Assembly (NCBI GenBank): GCA_000091205.1
Contig: AP006487.2
Reading direction: 5' to 3' (one strand)
DNA: 64,000 nucleotides
DNA from: Cyanidioschyzon merolae
Lineage: Eukaryota
The notes below the pieces were generated by a model that ran no database searches, had not been told where the DNA came from, and saw only the letters and a program-made list of their open reading frames with translations. The position numbers and the translations under genes were made by a program. Positions 44,560 to 56,491 of the stretch are shown one piece after another (position 1 is the stretch's first letter; the number at the start of each line of letters is the position of its first letter).

Positions 44560-45399
44560 TGCAATGCGATGTTTTATATGACGAGACACAGAACGATGGG
44601 GGAATTCATGCTGAAGAACAAGTCGAGAAGCTTCAAACGGTTGACGTTCCGCTCTTGCGAAACGGTGAGGCAATCTTCGTTGGAGACAATCGCTGCGATT
44701 GCTAAAGTCCGGGCCCATGACCCTTCTCTAAGAAAATAGAAGAGACATGAGCACCTGGGCGCATGTCCCGTGAGAAGTATCAGGCTGCTGTCGAACGGCG
44801 TTTTGCCGATGACGATAAACAGATGGCGATTCGTCTTTCGAATGGAATCAATCATTTGGTTTCATACGTTCAGTGAACTTTCGGCTTGAGCTTGTGAAAA
44901 AGTCGTAAAGGGACTACATCGAGGATTCTTTTCGATTCAATCCACCTGCGATAATTGCTGCGCCAGTGAGTCGTTTTGAAACAAAAAAATGGAACTATGA
45001 AGAATGCGAGGTTTGAGCTTGTGAACCGTAAAGAAGGGAGCGGAGTGGAGGATTGTTTGTATAAACCTGATGACGAGATCTGCAATTTTATCAGTGCATG
45101 TTCGATTGCGTTGCAAATCAATTTTATTCCGGGGACCTAACGCTTTCCTACGGCAAAGCGTCGAAGCAGCTACTCCGCAGAGAAAACCGGGAATCCTTAA
45201 CCTAGGTTTGGATCCGTGAGCCGTTGTTGTCGCACTTCCAATGTGGAGTTTTTCGATCTAAAAAAATTCGGGAGAGAATTGTAGAGCAGGAATCGGTAAG
45301 CAGTACAGTTTTCCATTCTACGATTCTTTGAACTCAATTTTGTTTCAACCCCGCTGAGTGTAATAGGATTCTATTTCATCGTAAAGAGCAGGATATCGA

Positions 45400-46800
45400 A
45401 ATTAATATGCAATGTACCCTTTAGACATCAGTCGAATTGCCTGCCGAATATATTCTTTACTGTACAGTGCAAAGAAGACTGCATTCCTCCTTGAGGTGAG
45501 CCATAGAACATTACTCACATGGTTGAGGAACTCTGAAAGAAAAAAGTACATGAGGTCCGTATCAAAACCTAATATTCTCGAAGACTGCTTGCCGGCATTT
45601 GTATAAAACGACCCGTCTATCACCTGACGGAAAGCAGAAGCGGCGATAGCAGCTTCCAAGGCTGTCTCTGCCTCTCTATTGTTTGCTGTTCTGGTCCTGA
45701 AAACACTGGGACACAGTCGCAAAAAGAGAGTCCTAGTTCACGCATGGCCATATCCCGCTGAAATCGCAACGACAATGAACCTGACACTTCTCGATCCGCA
45801 TAAAGCACAGGAGTGTCGGATTGTTTTTTGATTCGGTCCGCCTCTTTTGGACGAAATAGTCGGAGCGTGAATGTGTATTCGCGGAGCAGGAGCACGTTGC
45901 ACGTAAGATCGAGCTCGAAGAGAACGACGACATCATCTGTTCTAGGTTTAGTGGATACACTTGGCGACCTCAGTGTCGCTCGTAGACGAGGCTCATACAA
46001 CAGCTCCAACCAACTTGTCGAATGATTGAAGACTTTTCCCTGACAGCTGGCGACTTTGTTCTGTTTCGTCACGTGCCATTTGCAAATTCTTTTTGCGTTC
46101 GAGTTTTTGGGGATTTTGTTGAAGAAGTGCTGCTTTTCATTCCCTCGTTCGCCCCGAGGTTGAGCCCAATCGAAGGCGTGTTTTCTATCGTGAAACGTAA
46201 TGATCGCCCCACAGGACAAATCGCTGAAGCGTTCGGCACACAGTGACACATCGGGGCACATATCGTCTTTCTTCTGCAAGTGCTTCGCACTCCGAGAAGG
46301 CCCTCACTTGGGGTCATAAACAAGTGCATTAATATTGAAGTAATGCATAATCCAAGCGAGAGCTATGGACATAGAGGTCAAGGATCGTCGAGGCCTGATG
46401 TCGCCAGACTCGACAAATGAAACGAAAAAATCCTTGTCTCGCGAACCAATCAGTGAAGAAGAGCAAGTGACGAAGAAGAAGAGGAGGAAAGGTTGTCAAG
46501 TAATGTCGTCTGTCTGAGTGCGAGATCACGGGACTGCAGTAGCACAGCGAGCACCAGTTCGAGGACTACTCTCATTGGTAAGGTCCAGCTGTGGCAATAA
46601 ATACATGGAGTTCTTGAGCCGAGACTTTAACGCCGCCATCAATATCAGACGGCGTGCGGTGCTCAAGAAGAGACTCGAGGAGCGGACACAATCCGACTTT
46701 GGGGGACAACCTCTGATTCTAGATGTGTACAGGGAGAAGCTGGAACCGATATCGAGCGCCCTGCCGAAATTGGCTGAGAGGCTTCTGTGAGTCTTTATCA
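45400..46800 (+). mobile_element. Composite decayed repeat, copy 6
   Basis: 'MYPLDISRIACRIYSLLYSAKKTAFLLEVSHRTLLTWLRNSERKK' (HTH-like). 'FVEEVLLFIPSFAPRLSPIEGVFSIVKRNDRPTG' (DDE_3 C-terminus). Tail 'MDIEVKDRRGLMSPDSTNETKK…KKKRRK' plus 'NKYMEFLSRDFNAAINIRRRAVLKKRLEE…GGQPLILDV'. Confidence 0.6.
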
Positions 46801-47246
46801 ATACACCCTCGATAGTTGTAGGTCATTTTTCGTTTCTTTGCCTGTGTGTATGATGTGCATGTGTATCGTGAGCCGACGCCCTCCGTCGCACGGCAAAACC
46901 GTTCTGTCTCCGTGCGACGACCGCACCGGCGCTACAGGCGCTATCGCGGACGCTACCGGCAGGCATTCAGCAGATAATGGAACCTACGGAACGACAAGTA
47001 TACCCGGGAAGAAGTATCAGTTATGGAATTTGAAGGTAGGTGCAGAACGATAGGTGCTTCGCCGCGCGCTGATAGCGAGCGCACAGTCGCGGAAAGCCGG
47101 CCTGCGTCAACAATTTGTCAAGTACGAAAATCCCTGCCGCAGACGCTGCGGCGCGCGCACAGTGTAGGTATTCCGTCCCGCGCCGCTAACTCTAGTTAGT
47201 TCATGCTGTGCGTTGGACGAACCCGGACCAAGTATACAATAGAGTA

Positions 47247-48614
47247 ATGCCAGCAAAAGCGAATACTTCCGTAGCGAGTCACGCGGAGGTGCCACCAGAG
47301 GAAGAACTCGTAGACTACGAGGAGGATCAGGAAGAGAACGCGTTGGCTGAGGAAACCAACGATGCCGCCGCGGATCAGGTTGCTGACGCAGAGTCTACGG
47401 AGGGTCAGCAGGCGGAGCCACAGTTGGCGAAAGGCACTTATGCTTCCTTGCACTCGGCCAACTTTAGAGACTTTCTTCTGAGATCGGAGCTCTTGCGTGC
47501 AATAGAAGACTGTGGGTTCGAGTCTGCGTCTGAGGTGCAAGTGCAAGCGCTGCCACAGGCTGTTCTAGGAACGGATGTACTTGTCCAAGCCAAGTCTGGG
47601 CTGGGGAAGACTGCTGTCTTCGTTCTCGCAATTTTGCAACAGCTCGAACCGGAAAAGTCAGAGAACAGTGTGAGCGCAGTTATTTTAGCACACACCAGAG
47701 AGTTAGCTTACCAGATCAAAAACGAGTTTGTTCGCTTCAGCAAGTACTTGCCAGACGTTCGCTGTGGCGTGTTCTACGGGGGCGAACCGATCAAACAACA
47801 ACTTGAGCAGCTGGCAAGCTCGGTTCCACACATTGTCGTGGGCACTCCAGGTCGCCTTCTGGATTTGGCTGTGAAAAGGAAGGCGCTGGACCTGAGCAAG
47901 GTTCGGTTTTTTGTCATTGACGAGTGCGACAAAGTACTCGAAATGCTTGACATGCGCGCAGATGTGCAGGAGATATTCAAGATGACACCGCGGAACAAAC
48001 AGGTAATGATGTTTAGTGCGACGTTGCCACCAGAGACGCGAAGCATCGCGCGCAAATTCATGCACAATCCGCACGAGATCTTTATAGACGACGAGAGCAA
48101 GTTGACTTTACACGGCCTGTTGCAGTACTATCTGAAGTTAGAGGAAACAGAGAAAAACCGGAAGTTGAATGATCTCCTGGACGCTCTGGAATTCAATCAG
48201 CTGGTTATATTCGTACGTTCTGTTCAGAGGGCCAAATTTATCAACCAAATGTTGAAGGAGAGCAATTTCCCTTCCATTACGATTCACTCTGCAATGCCTC
48301 AAGAGGAGCGCATAAAGCGCTATCGAGCGTTCAAAGACTTTGAGGCGCGGATTCTGGTGAGCACGGATCTCTTCGGGCGCGGCGTCGATGTTGAAAGAGT
48401 CAATGTTGTTATTAATTATGATATGCCAGCGGACAGCGATCAGTACCTTCACCGCGTTGGGCGTGCGGGTCGATTTGGGACCAAGGGGCTGGCTATCAGT
48501 TTTATTTCCAGCGAAGAGGACAGCGCTGTTCTCGAAGCAGTGCAAAATCGTTTTGTGGTCAACATACCTGAATTGCCCGAGAGCATCGATCCCTCCGCGT
48601 ATATGACGGCGTAA
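47247..48614 (+). CDS. DECD-box RNA helicase UAP56/Sub2 (spliceosome/TREX), 455 aa
   Basis: High similarity to human DDX39B throughout: '[15 protein letters not shown]', '[13 protein letters not shown]', '[13 protein letters not shown]', '[10 protein letters not shown]' (DECD box), 'MMFSATL', '[16 protein letters not shown]'. Intronless. Confidence 0.9.
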   Translation: MPAKANTSVASHAEVPPEEELVDYEEDQEENALAEETNDAAADQVADAESTEGQQAEPQLAKGTYASLHSANFRDFLLRSELLRAIEDCGFESASEVQVQALPQAVLGTDVLVQAKSGLGKTAVFVLAILQQLEPEKSENSVSAVILAHTRELAYQIKNEFVRFSKYLPDVRCGVFYGGEPIKQQLEQLASSVPHIVVGTPGRLLDLAVKRKALDLSKVRFFVIDECDKVLEMLDMRADVQEIFKMTPRNKQVMMFSATLPPETRSIARKFMHNPHEIFIDDESKLTLHGLLQYYLKLEETEKNRKLNDLLDALEFNQLVIFVRSVQRAKFINQMLKESNFPSITIHSAMPQEERIKRYRAFKDFEARILVSTDLFGRGVDVERVNVVINYDMPADSDQYLHRVGRAGRFGTKGLAISFISSEEDSAVLEAVQNRFVVNIPELPESIDPSAYMTA

Positions 48615-49094
48615 ATTCGTGGCGAATGCCCCAATTTTTTACATTTCCGTCAGTCTACATCCATATCAGACCAAAATGGAACACGTCGCCACACCCTAGC
48701 GCCCAAAGGGAGTCTGGATCCCTTCCGACTTGCATGACACCGGGCCTTTGCAGGATTTTCCTGCGAGTGCTTCTTTCTCCTCAATCTAATCTCCAGATTT
48801 CAATGCGCTGGACTCCCGTTGTCCTAAAGCTTCATAGTCTGTAGTGGGGGAGGGGGGCGCTGATGGCAGCGTTTAAGTCCCGAGCTCGCGGCTTTTTCGC
48901 TGTTGTTCAAGCATTTCTTCAACGGACGCAAGTCATGATCCACATATCGCATCTTCATTTTCATCTTATTTGAATAAAGTCCTGGTGCGCCATTCGCTGC
49001 GAAACACTTGCACATGGCTAGGTGTACTCGTAAGTGTCCGCCACTGCTAATCATCTCCCGTGCGCCGGCCTGAGGAGCGAGACAACCCTGCTCC

Positions 49095-49640
49095 ATCGCT
49101 TGGTACAAGCCCCTGACCGGCGCAGAGGGCTTTCCTGAATGCATCCTGCAGTTTCCGTCCTTGGCGCTTTACACTGAAACTACGGGCGTCTTCTGGGCAA
49201 AACCCTCTGTGAGAATGCTGCTCGGTGCAAGCGCAAGCGCACGCTGTTCGATGCGACAGAGAATTTCCGGAACATGGTGCTGTTCATGATGGGACAATCA
49301 CCAGAAGCACAATCCGCGCCGGAAAACGAGTCGAAAAACCTCGATCAGTCTCTGCCGCCATTCTCAAAAGCAGTGGCGCGCTTCCGACTGGAGGCGTTTG
49401 CTGAGATGACAAGAGTCCGAGTACGAGACCTTTTTCCATACGGGCCGAAGAGATGGAAGCCTCTAGCAGTAGATCCCGTAAGGGATATTTTGCTGGTGCG
49501 GAATCCCGTTCCGCCCGCAGCCATCCATAGATGAGAAATAATGCTTCGAGCGGAATCGATCATCTGATCGGAAAGGATCAGTGAACTTTCCGCAAGAGTC
49601 TGTAAACAAGTCGTCAAAGGATGATGCTGAGTTTTTCTCG
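49095..49640. repeat. ~540-bp segmental duplicate (partner 60207–60740)
   Basis: ~97% identity. Carries an 86-aa ORF in both copies; all 5 differences are non-synonymous. Confidence 0.85.
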
Positions 49641-52207
49641 CATGAATCCACTGGAGCGCATTGCTTGGCCCAAGAGTCAACTTGAAATAGGAAGATCGAA
49701 ACCTTTGCGAATGCGTGATTTGAGGATACTGCACATCAGAAAAGGAGAATCATGGAGCATGTATATATGAACTGGATAATGATATCGGTTGCTTTATCAC
49801 ACTTGTTCGAGAGCGTCGCGAATCATCTTTATTCCAGTGACGCTACGAATTCCTGGTGCACAAGGCCGATGGAGCCACTCTGAAAACACAACCAAGAATC
49901 CTGAAACTGTGCATGAATGCATAAGCACCTATTACTGAACTTGAATTATCAAAACTGTACATCTATAAAAAACATCCGATGGTCGGAATAGGATCAGCGG
50001 TTAGATGTTCCGTTTCGTTCCAACATTTGTGTAGATAGCGAATAGCGGCCTTCATTTAACGATGCAGACATTCTAGGGCTAGCAGCTGGACGAGACAACC
50101 TTCGCATTATCTTTGCTCTGAACGGCGGGCACCCAAAGAGCAAATCACCAAGCTCTAACTGGACGACTGTCCCCTCTTCAGTATACTCCACCCCACATGG
50201 TCTTTTAAAAATACTACCAAAGAGTCGACAAGGTCTGAAGATTACGTATCGTTGAAACGAACGATGCTGGAGAGAGGCGAATGCAAAAAATATTCGCTAG
50301 TATGGGGGACCATCGCGTTTCGAACACCAAAATATCGATCTTTTTTTGGAGCGCGAAAGCTTCTCACTGGGGGAACCGGTTTCCATCAAACTCGATGAGA
50401 TTTTATTCGGGAAAAGTGGCAAAATTGCAAATGGCTCCTAAAGGGCGGGCAAACCGCTGGTCGTACATAGGAGACGAACGAGTATGCCGAGATCATGAGC
50501 CCTAGTAGCATATCAGCCAAATGATCGCCCACGAATCGTCAGATGAACATGATCCCTTAGCACTTTATATTTCGAAGATGCGCACTTCATGGCTTTTCCA
50601 TCCCAGACTTTACTGTCCTGCCTTTGACCATCTCCTTCTTCATGACGCAAAAGTGGTCAACAAGCACGCAGCTGAGACTTGTATCGAACCGCTCTTCATG
50701 CCACCCTAGTCTTCTTCGCACAACGCAGTCGAATGCGTATTTCCTGTTATGCAAACATATCATTCGCCCACGGATTCATAATCGCATCGTTCGCATCCTG
50801 GAAATCGTTCATCGACATATATTTCTTCGACAAGTCGTCCTTTACCTTCACTAGCGCAATACCGCTCTGTTGCTTCTCTGATCTTAAGCTGGAGGGAACT
50901 GGGTGGCGCGTCGGTCTACGGGGTGCTTGCCACGAGGTGGGTGATGAAAGAAAGCACTGAAGGAACAACCAGTCCAGACATCGAAAACGCCGCTTTTGAG
51001 TCCCAGCGTACACCAAGCCCTCCCAGGTTCCGATGGTAAAGAGCGATATCGTGCGTAACGACCACATGGATGCTACACCGTCCAGAAAAATGAAAAAATG
51101 ACCGTTTGAAGAAGAGAAAGATCCTCCCGTAAAGAGGACATGGATACAAAGGGTACATGCCGGGGCGGAAAGATTCGTATGCTACGATTATCCAGGTTTC
51201 CCTCTCATGGCATATCACCGGTTAGAATCTCCCAACAAGTAAGATTCAGCACTCCACTAGAGATTGTTCAGCCTCTTACTCGAGGTAGAATTGTCAAGCT
51301 TTCTTCGCCATGACGTACCTCATCGAGCAAAACTTCACTGGAGTTCCGGAAGTACGGCTGCCTGCTGTCCACGTTCCTCTGGAATCTTTCGATCAAGCCT
51401 TTGTACGGCACCATAAATGATGCTCGAAAGAAAATATGGAAGACAGTCAGATCGATGGATCAGTGATTTGTGGACGCGCTTCCCTGAATACTCCGACCCG
51501 TTGTCATGCCGCCTCTGAGAATGGAACATCTACAGCGCAGAAGCCAAGAAGCACCTCAAGAACAACATCATAACCATCGCCGGTTAATATCGGGCACTTT
51601 ATGAAGCGCACCTTTTGGACGTTTTACGCGCAGTAGCCTCACATTTACTAGCATGTGCACCTGGAAACTGATTGAATCGATACTCGGGTTTTCGATGGAT
51701 GCAAATGAGGAGCCGGTGGCGGTATCGCTCGAGTTGGTAGCGACTTCGGCAGAGATGTCGCTACGAGGGCGAGCGGCACTCCAGATGGTCCAAGCTCATC
51801 GTGATATGCTGGACCTCGAACCGGACGGGCGCCATATCCAAAGGATGGTTGAAACGAGATGCCTGCCTCCGTTGCATCTTTTGCTACTGTATGTTCCTGA
51901 ATAGAGCTCTCCAGAGCAGATCAAAGTCGCCGTTTGCTTGCGTTATTGCCTTCTTAAGCAACTGTACGATTTGGTTGCCAAAAGTCAGATTCAGGCCCAG
52001 TGTATCACTGTAGACTCTTCTGCGTCGTATTGTGTATGGCCTTATGAGGGAGCCGCGATCGTTCTCTGTATGAAAGTTTACAGCATTTGAGCAAGTCTCA
52101 TAGAAACTTAGTGGAGCTTGTTCAAGGATCCACTTTAACAGGAAGGATGTGGAAAGAAGTTCTCAGGAAAGATTCAGAACGACGGAATATCAATATGAAC
52201 GCACTTT

Positions 52208-52615
52208 TTGAAACCCAGGTGCGGATTAAGCTGCGCAACACATTTGCAATCGTTCAAGATATATGAAGAGAAATACTTCGTGGTGAGCGTGGATCAAGGA
52301 TTGACGGGCATCATTGCTATCGCAATGCCTCTCTGTAATGTTGACGGAGCGAAGGATTTGATCAGAATGCAGATTACTTTGCTCAGCTTTTCAGAGGCTC
52401 GATGTAATCTGGAGTCGGTTATGATTCAGGCCAAGAGGCTTACCAACATACGGACTGACAGGGTATCGACCGTCTTCCACACTCTGAGAACCGTATTGGG
52501 CTGTGAAAGAGCTGTGCATGTTTTATTTAGTGAACGCAAAAGCATCCATATGACCGATGCAGACGAACTTTGCAGTCGTGCACGTGAAAGGGCCTTGTTT
52601 GCGAAAGGATTCTAG
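52208..52615 (+). CDS. Hypothetical small protein, possibly roadblock/longin-like fold (135 aa)
   Basis: 'YFVVSVDQGLTGIIAIAMP…' loosely resembles roadblock/LAMTOR-type small regulators. Weak; ORF evidence only. Confidence 0.2.
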   Translation: MKPRCGLSCATHLQSFKIYEEKYFVVSVDQGLTGIIAIAMPLCNVDGAKDLIRMQITLLSFSEARCNLESVMIQAKRLTNIRTDRVSTVFHTLRTVLGCERAVHVLFSERKSIHMTDADELCSRARERALFAKGF

Positions 52616-54006
52616 GGTACGGAGGCAAGAAGCGTGCATTTGCCAACTTGTTCAAAGAAATGAAAAGGCAAATGAGCGGTCAGACTCGTCGTTTGGTGGT
52701 AGAGAATGGCGCTAGACGTGCTGTCTTGTTCAAGCTCTGCACTGGAGCTACTTCAACGAGCGCATACAACGAGGGCAGGCACTGACTCAGCACGATTTCG
52801 ATCAATGAGTTCTGGACAAAACACAAGCATCATATACACGAGTGCACGCTGAAACAGGTAGCGATTAAGTGTGTGAAACAGAGACGAGTGCAAGAGATCG
52901 TATGCAGTAACTCGACAGATCTTGCTGCGAAGGTGTCATTGAAGGCCGGAGGCTCGCTATGCTCCGGTTCCATGTCCAACAATGCGCACGAGTACATCCT
53001 CCATCGAGATTTGAACGCCTCTACAAAAATCCGGAAAAGTTTCTTGCTTCCAAAGTGTCCGGAAGCTTTGCGTAAAGCATAATTTCGAGATCATCGTTTA
53101 GTATTCAGTGTGGGTGTTTCGCGTAAACGCTGAAGACTTCCACTGAAAAAAAACAGATTATTGACCAGGATTGACGGCATTGGGTTCTCGTCCTGAGCAA
53201 GCCACTGTTATGGTACGATTCAGCAATCGATCAAGGTTGGTTCATCGTACAAATACGCCAGCAACGATTTTCCCGGGTGAACGGTGAACGATGATGGTGT
53301 TCCATCATTCGATAATACTGATTTTACCTCATTCGTGTCATGGTCAGCGAACGGCGCACGTCTTGCCTTAGTTGTGACGTATCGCAGTCTCGTGTCTTGC
53401 TTAAGCTATCACGGATCTAGCGCATCGTCACTGCTCCCAAGAGAAGTTTGGCCCCGGCCAGTTCTCTTCGATGAACCCGCACATTTTTGCCGCCAGCGTG
53501 CTGGCGTTGCGTTCTCTGTACACTCCTCGCTGGAACCGTAAGCTTCTCAGCTCGAACACGTATCTGTCAGCATTTCGGATGCAGCAACTTGAGGACGCTC
53601 ACGCTGATGGGGCGCCCAGAGTCTTTCGTACCCAACGGGGCTCTGCATAGACGTCCTGCCACCGGGCAGCGCCTGTGTGGGCACCGCAGTTCAAGGATCC
53701 CTGCACGTGAACTTTAGTTCCGAGACGAACTTCGTACTGGTATCTATGGAGTGCAGATGCTTTCTGAGGCGAAGGGTTGTTCCATTCCCTGGTTACTCGT
53801 TGATCTTGCGCTTCTGAGCATTCCAGCTCGACACAATCCTGCTGCATCGCATAGGCATCCAGAGGGATAAACGCAGGTGCGACGTGCTGGAAGGAGGCGC
53901 CTTCGCGCAATCGCTCCAGACCCGCGGAGATGCTGCACGGGTATCCTCGACTTGCCCTTGTAACGGAGTTGCGCTGGACGCAACCTCTTCCAATGGAGAT
54001 TATTGA

Positions 54007-55467
54007 TTGATGGAGCCGAGAATATGTTGGTTTGTGGCGGCTGCAGTCGCAGTACTGCACACACTGCAGACTTGCTACTACCAAATGACACCGACAGTGC
54101 TTATGCCGTCGATTCTGAAGGACTTCGGTGCTTCAGTTGTGAGCGGTTCCGCTATGGTTGCAGTGAGTCGTCTAGCGTACGTTTTGGCGCTTCCTGGAGG
54201 CGGGTGGCTAGTTGACCGCTGGGGTCCGCAGCGTTGCATCCTGGCCGCAGTAAGTGCGCTCGGGGCGTCTGCACTGCTGTTCGCTCTCATGCGGTCTATG
54301 GCGCAGTTCGCTATTCTACAGGCTGTGAACGCAGTAGCGATGGCCTTTGCTGGAGTGCCCGTTTACTCCGTATTTCTTTGCCATTTTTTTTTCGAGCACC
54401 TGGGCACGGCTCTAGGCATGGTCCTGTCGGGATTTTCTCTCGCGGGAGCACTTTCTGCACTAGTTTTGGGCGCCATTGCGTCGCATGCTTCATGGAGAGT
54501 GTCAGCTTTCGCGGTTGCCGGTGCCTTGATTGTGGCTGCAATTCCTCTTGCGGTCTGGATTCAGCGGGTGCGGCCTCCTGGAGAGCTGCTTTCTGGACGT
54601 GAAACCGTGAACCCGATCTCAAGTGCTCCGAGCTCAAGAATGGATGCAGTAAAGTCCCCTGCGTCTCGCGGCGAAGAAGCAAAGGAACCGCTATACTTCG
54701 CGCATCATGAACGTAGAAAGGATGCTGAGTTCAGTGAACTGGACGCGGAGGTAGCCGCTGGCGCTGCAGAACCGGCGGAACACGCACATGATAAGAATCT
54801 GACTAGTTTCTCGTGGGCGAGCCTTCCGTTTTTGTTGTTAGCGTCGTCGTACTTTCTGCTTCAATACTCCTATGGCTCTTATAATGAACATTTTCTCATA
54901 TACATGACGATGGATGAGCAAGCAAATCTCCATTTCGCGACAACGATTCTTGCTGTGCTTTACTTTAGCACATTCAGTGCCAAAATTGTCGGAGGTTACG
55001 TCGGAGACCGCTGGGGTCGATTCCTTACCATGGTCGTAGCCGCAATAGCTTCAGTTCTAGGGGCAGTGCTTATGACGATTTTTACGCTTCGAGATACGCC
55101 TCCGGATGCAGTTCCGCAAAGCACCTTTCATGGACCTGGCCTGCTGATGTGCCTCCTAGGCTTCGCTGTCTTGTTTGGTGCCGGCTATGGAGCTATGTTT
55201 AATGCTAACTACGCGCTCGTTCCTCGTATTGTGAGCATATCGCGTTTAGGGTTCGTGCAGTCTATTTTATTTGCGATAGGTCTATGCGGGAATGGAGCGG
55301 GCGCCCTGATCACCGGGTATATGCGAACGTGGACGAGGCACTATATGAAACCCTTCTTGTTGACATTTGCAGCTGTTATTCTGAACGCAGCATGCGTTTT
55401 TGCCTTAGCGCGCTACCTTCGAAAGTCCAGTTTGCGAGAAACAAGGCACAGTAATAATGCTGGCTGA
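54007..55467 (+). CDS. Major facilitator superfamily transporter, 486 aa
   Basis: About 12 hydrophobic helices in a 6+6 layout with a central hydrophilic loop (aa ~190–270). 'GWLVDRWGPQR' resembles the MFS loop 2–3 motif. Confidence 0.7.
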   Translation: MMEPRICWFVAAAVAVLHTLQTCYYQMTPTVLMPSILKDFGASVVSGSAMVAVSRLAYVLALPGGGWLVDRWGPQRCILAAVSALGASALLFALMRSMAQFAILQAVNAVAMAFAGVPVYSVFLCHFFFEHLGTALGMVLSGFSLAGALSALVLGAIASHASWRVSAFAVAGALIVAAIPLAVWIQRVRPPGELLSGRETVNPISSAPSSRMDAVKSPASRGEEAKEPLYFAHHERRKDAEFSELDAEVAAGAAEPAEHAHDKNLTSFSWASLPFLLLASSYFLLQYSYGSYNEHFLIYMTMDEQANLHFATTILAVLYFSTFSAKIVGGYVGDRWGRFLTMVVAAIASVLGAVLMTIFTLRDTPPDAVPQSTFHGPGLLMCLLGFAVLFGAGYGAMFNANYALVPRIVSISRLGFVQSILFAIGLCGNGAGALITGYMRTWTRHYMKPFLLTFAAVILNAACVFALARYLRKSSLRETRHSNNAG

Positions 55468-56491
55468 TGACGGAACGCCATCCAATATTATCGTCAATCG
55501 CTTTTGGGTTGATTTCAAAGTCACCGGACGGTTTGTCCGTCATCATAATCAATCTCTAGAGCAGCGTCAAAAGAAGAAAGTTTGAAATGGCTTCGTTGCA
55601 AAAGCATAGACGCGTCTTGCTTTGATCACGTAAGCCTTTACGCACTTACGGCCTTTCTTGTACTACTGCATGACGTAATGACCGAAGACAATCGCATGAA
55701 AGCAGGATCACGAGAGCAGCATGTATCTGCAAGATCGATTCATGGCAGCAAGAGGCCAGTCTACATGTCGGCCGCCTGGCTGCAGTGGGACTTCCGACAG
55801 CTGGCCACTTCCGCCCGAGGGGACGTAGTGGCGAGATGCTCGAGGGCCCGTTCGCATTGGCAGGTCAGCCGTCACAACGCCGAGTAGGAGCGAACGTTTG
55901 CCAAGACTCGCCATGAAATTACAACGTACGTGGACGTGGTAGCATCAGCTGCAAACTCACGGTGAGCGAGGAGCAACCCATTCGATAATCGATGCATGGA
56001 GGCAATTCAGCGGGGCGTCGCAGATGCGGAGAACGCCGGATGATACCACAGATCGTTCACAGTCACAGCATGCCATATGCTTGATGTCAATCGAATTCTA
56101 CTCGAACGGAGAGAGTGGATGACGGCATGCATGCGGCTACGTTTCGTTTCATGTGCTTCGTAGTTCGTGTGGTTGAATGCAGAGTTTCCAGAGTGAGGCG
56201 CTCTAAAGAGTCTCCTTGGTGGCGTCAGTCACACGTGATATCAATGCATCAAAGAAATGCCTCCTTTCGAGCCGCTGAACGCCGTGCACAGCGCTAACCT
56301 AGACGAGCAGTCGCTTCGCTTGGATGGCGGCTTCACGGGCGCTGCCTCACGCGCAACTGTGGCGACCTTAGTTACACGGAAAAAGGGCTTCGCAACGTTC
56401 TCAACACGGAAAGACGCTCCGCATAACTTCAATTGCTCCGCGACTCGATGGAACTTACGATCCAGCACGAGCTCGTAGCTGCGAATGGTCC

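Noticed and set aside
49274-49534. The conserved 86-aa ORF in the 540-bp duplicate (also 60388–60648) as a small multi-copy protein gene.
   Set aside because: All five nucleotide differences between the copies within the ORF are non-synonymous and none synonymous. This does not support purifying selection on the reading frame. More likely a non-coding repeat that happens to be open.
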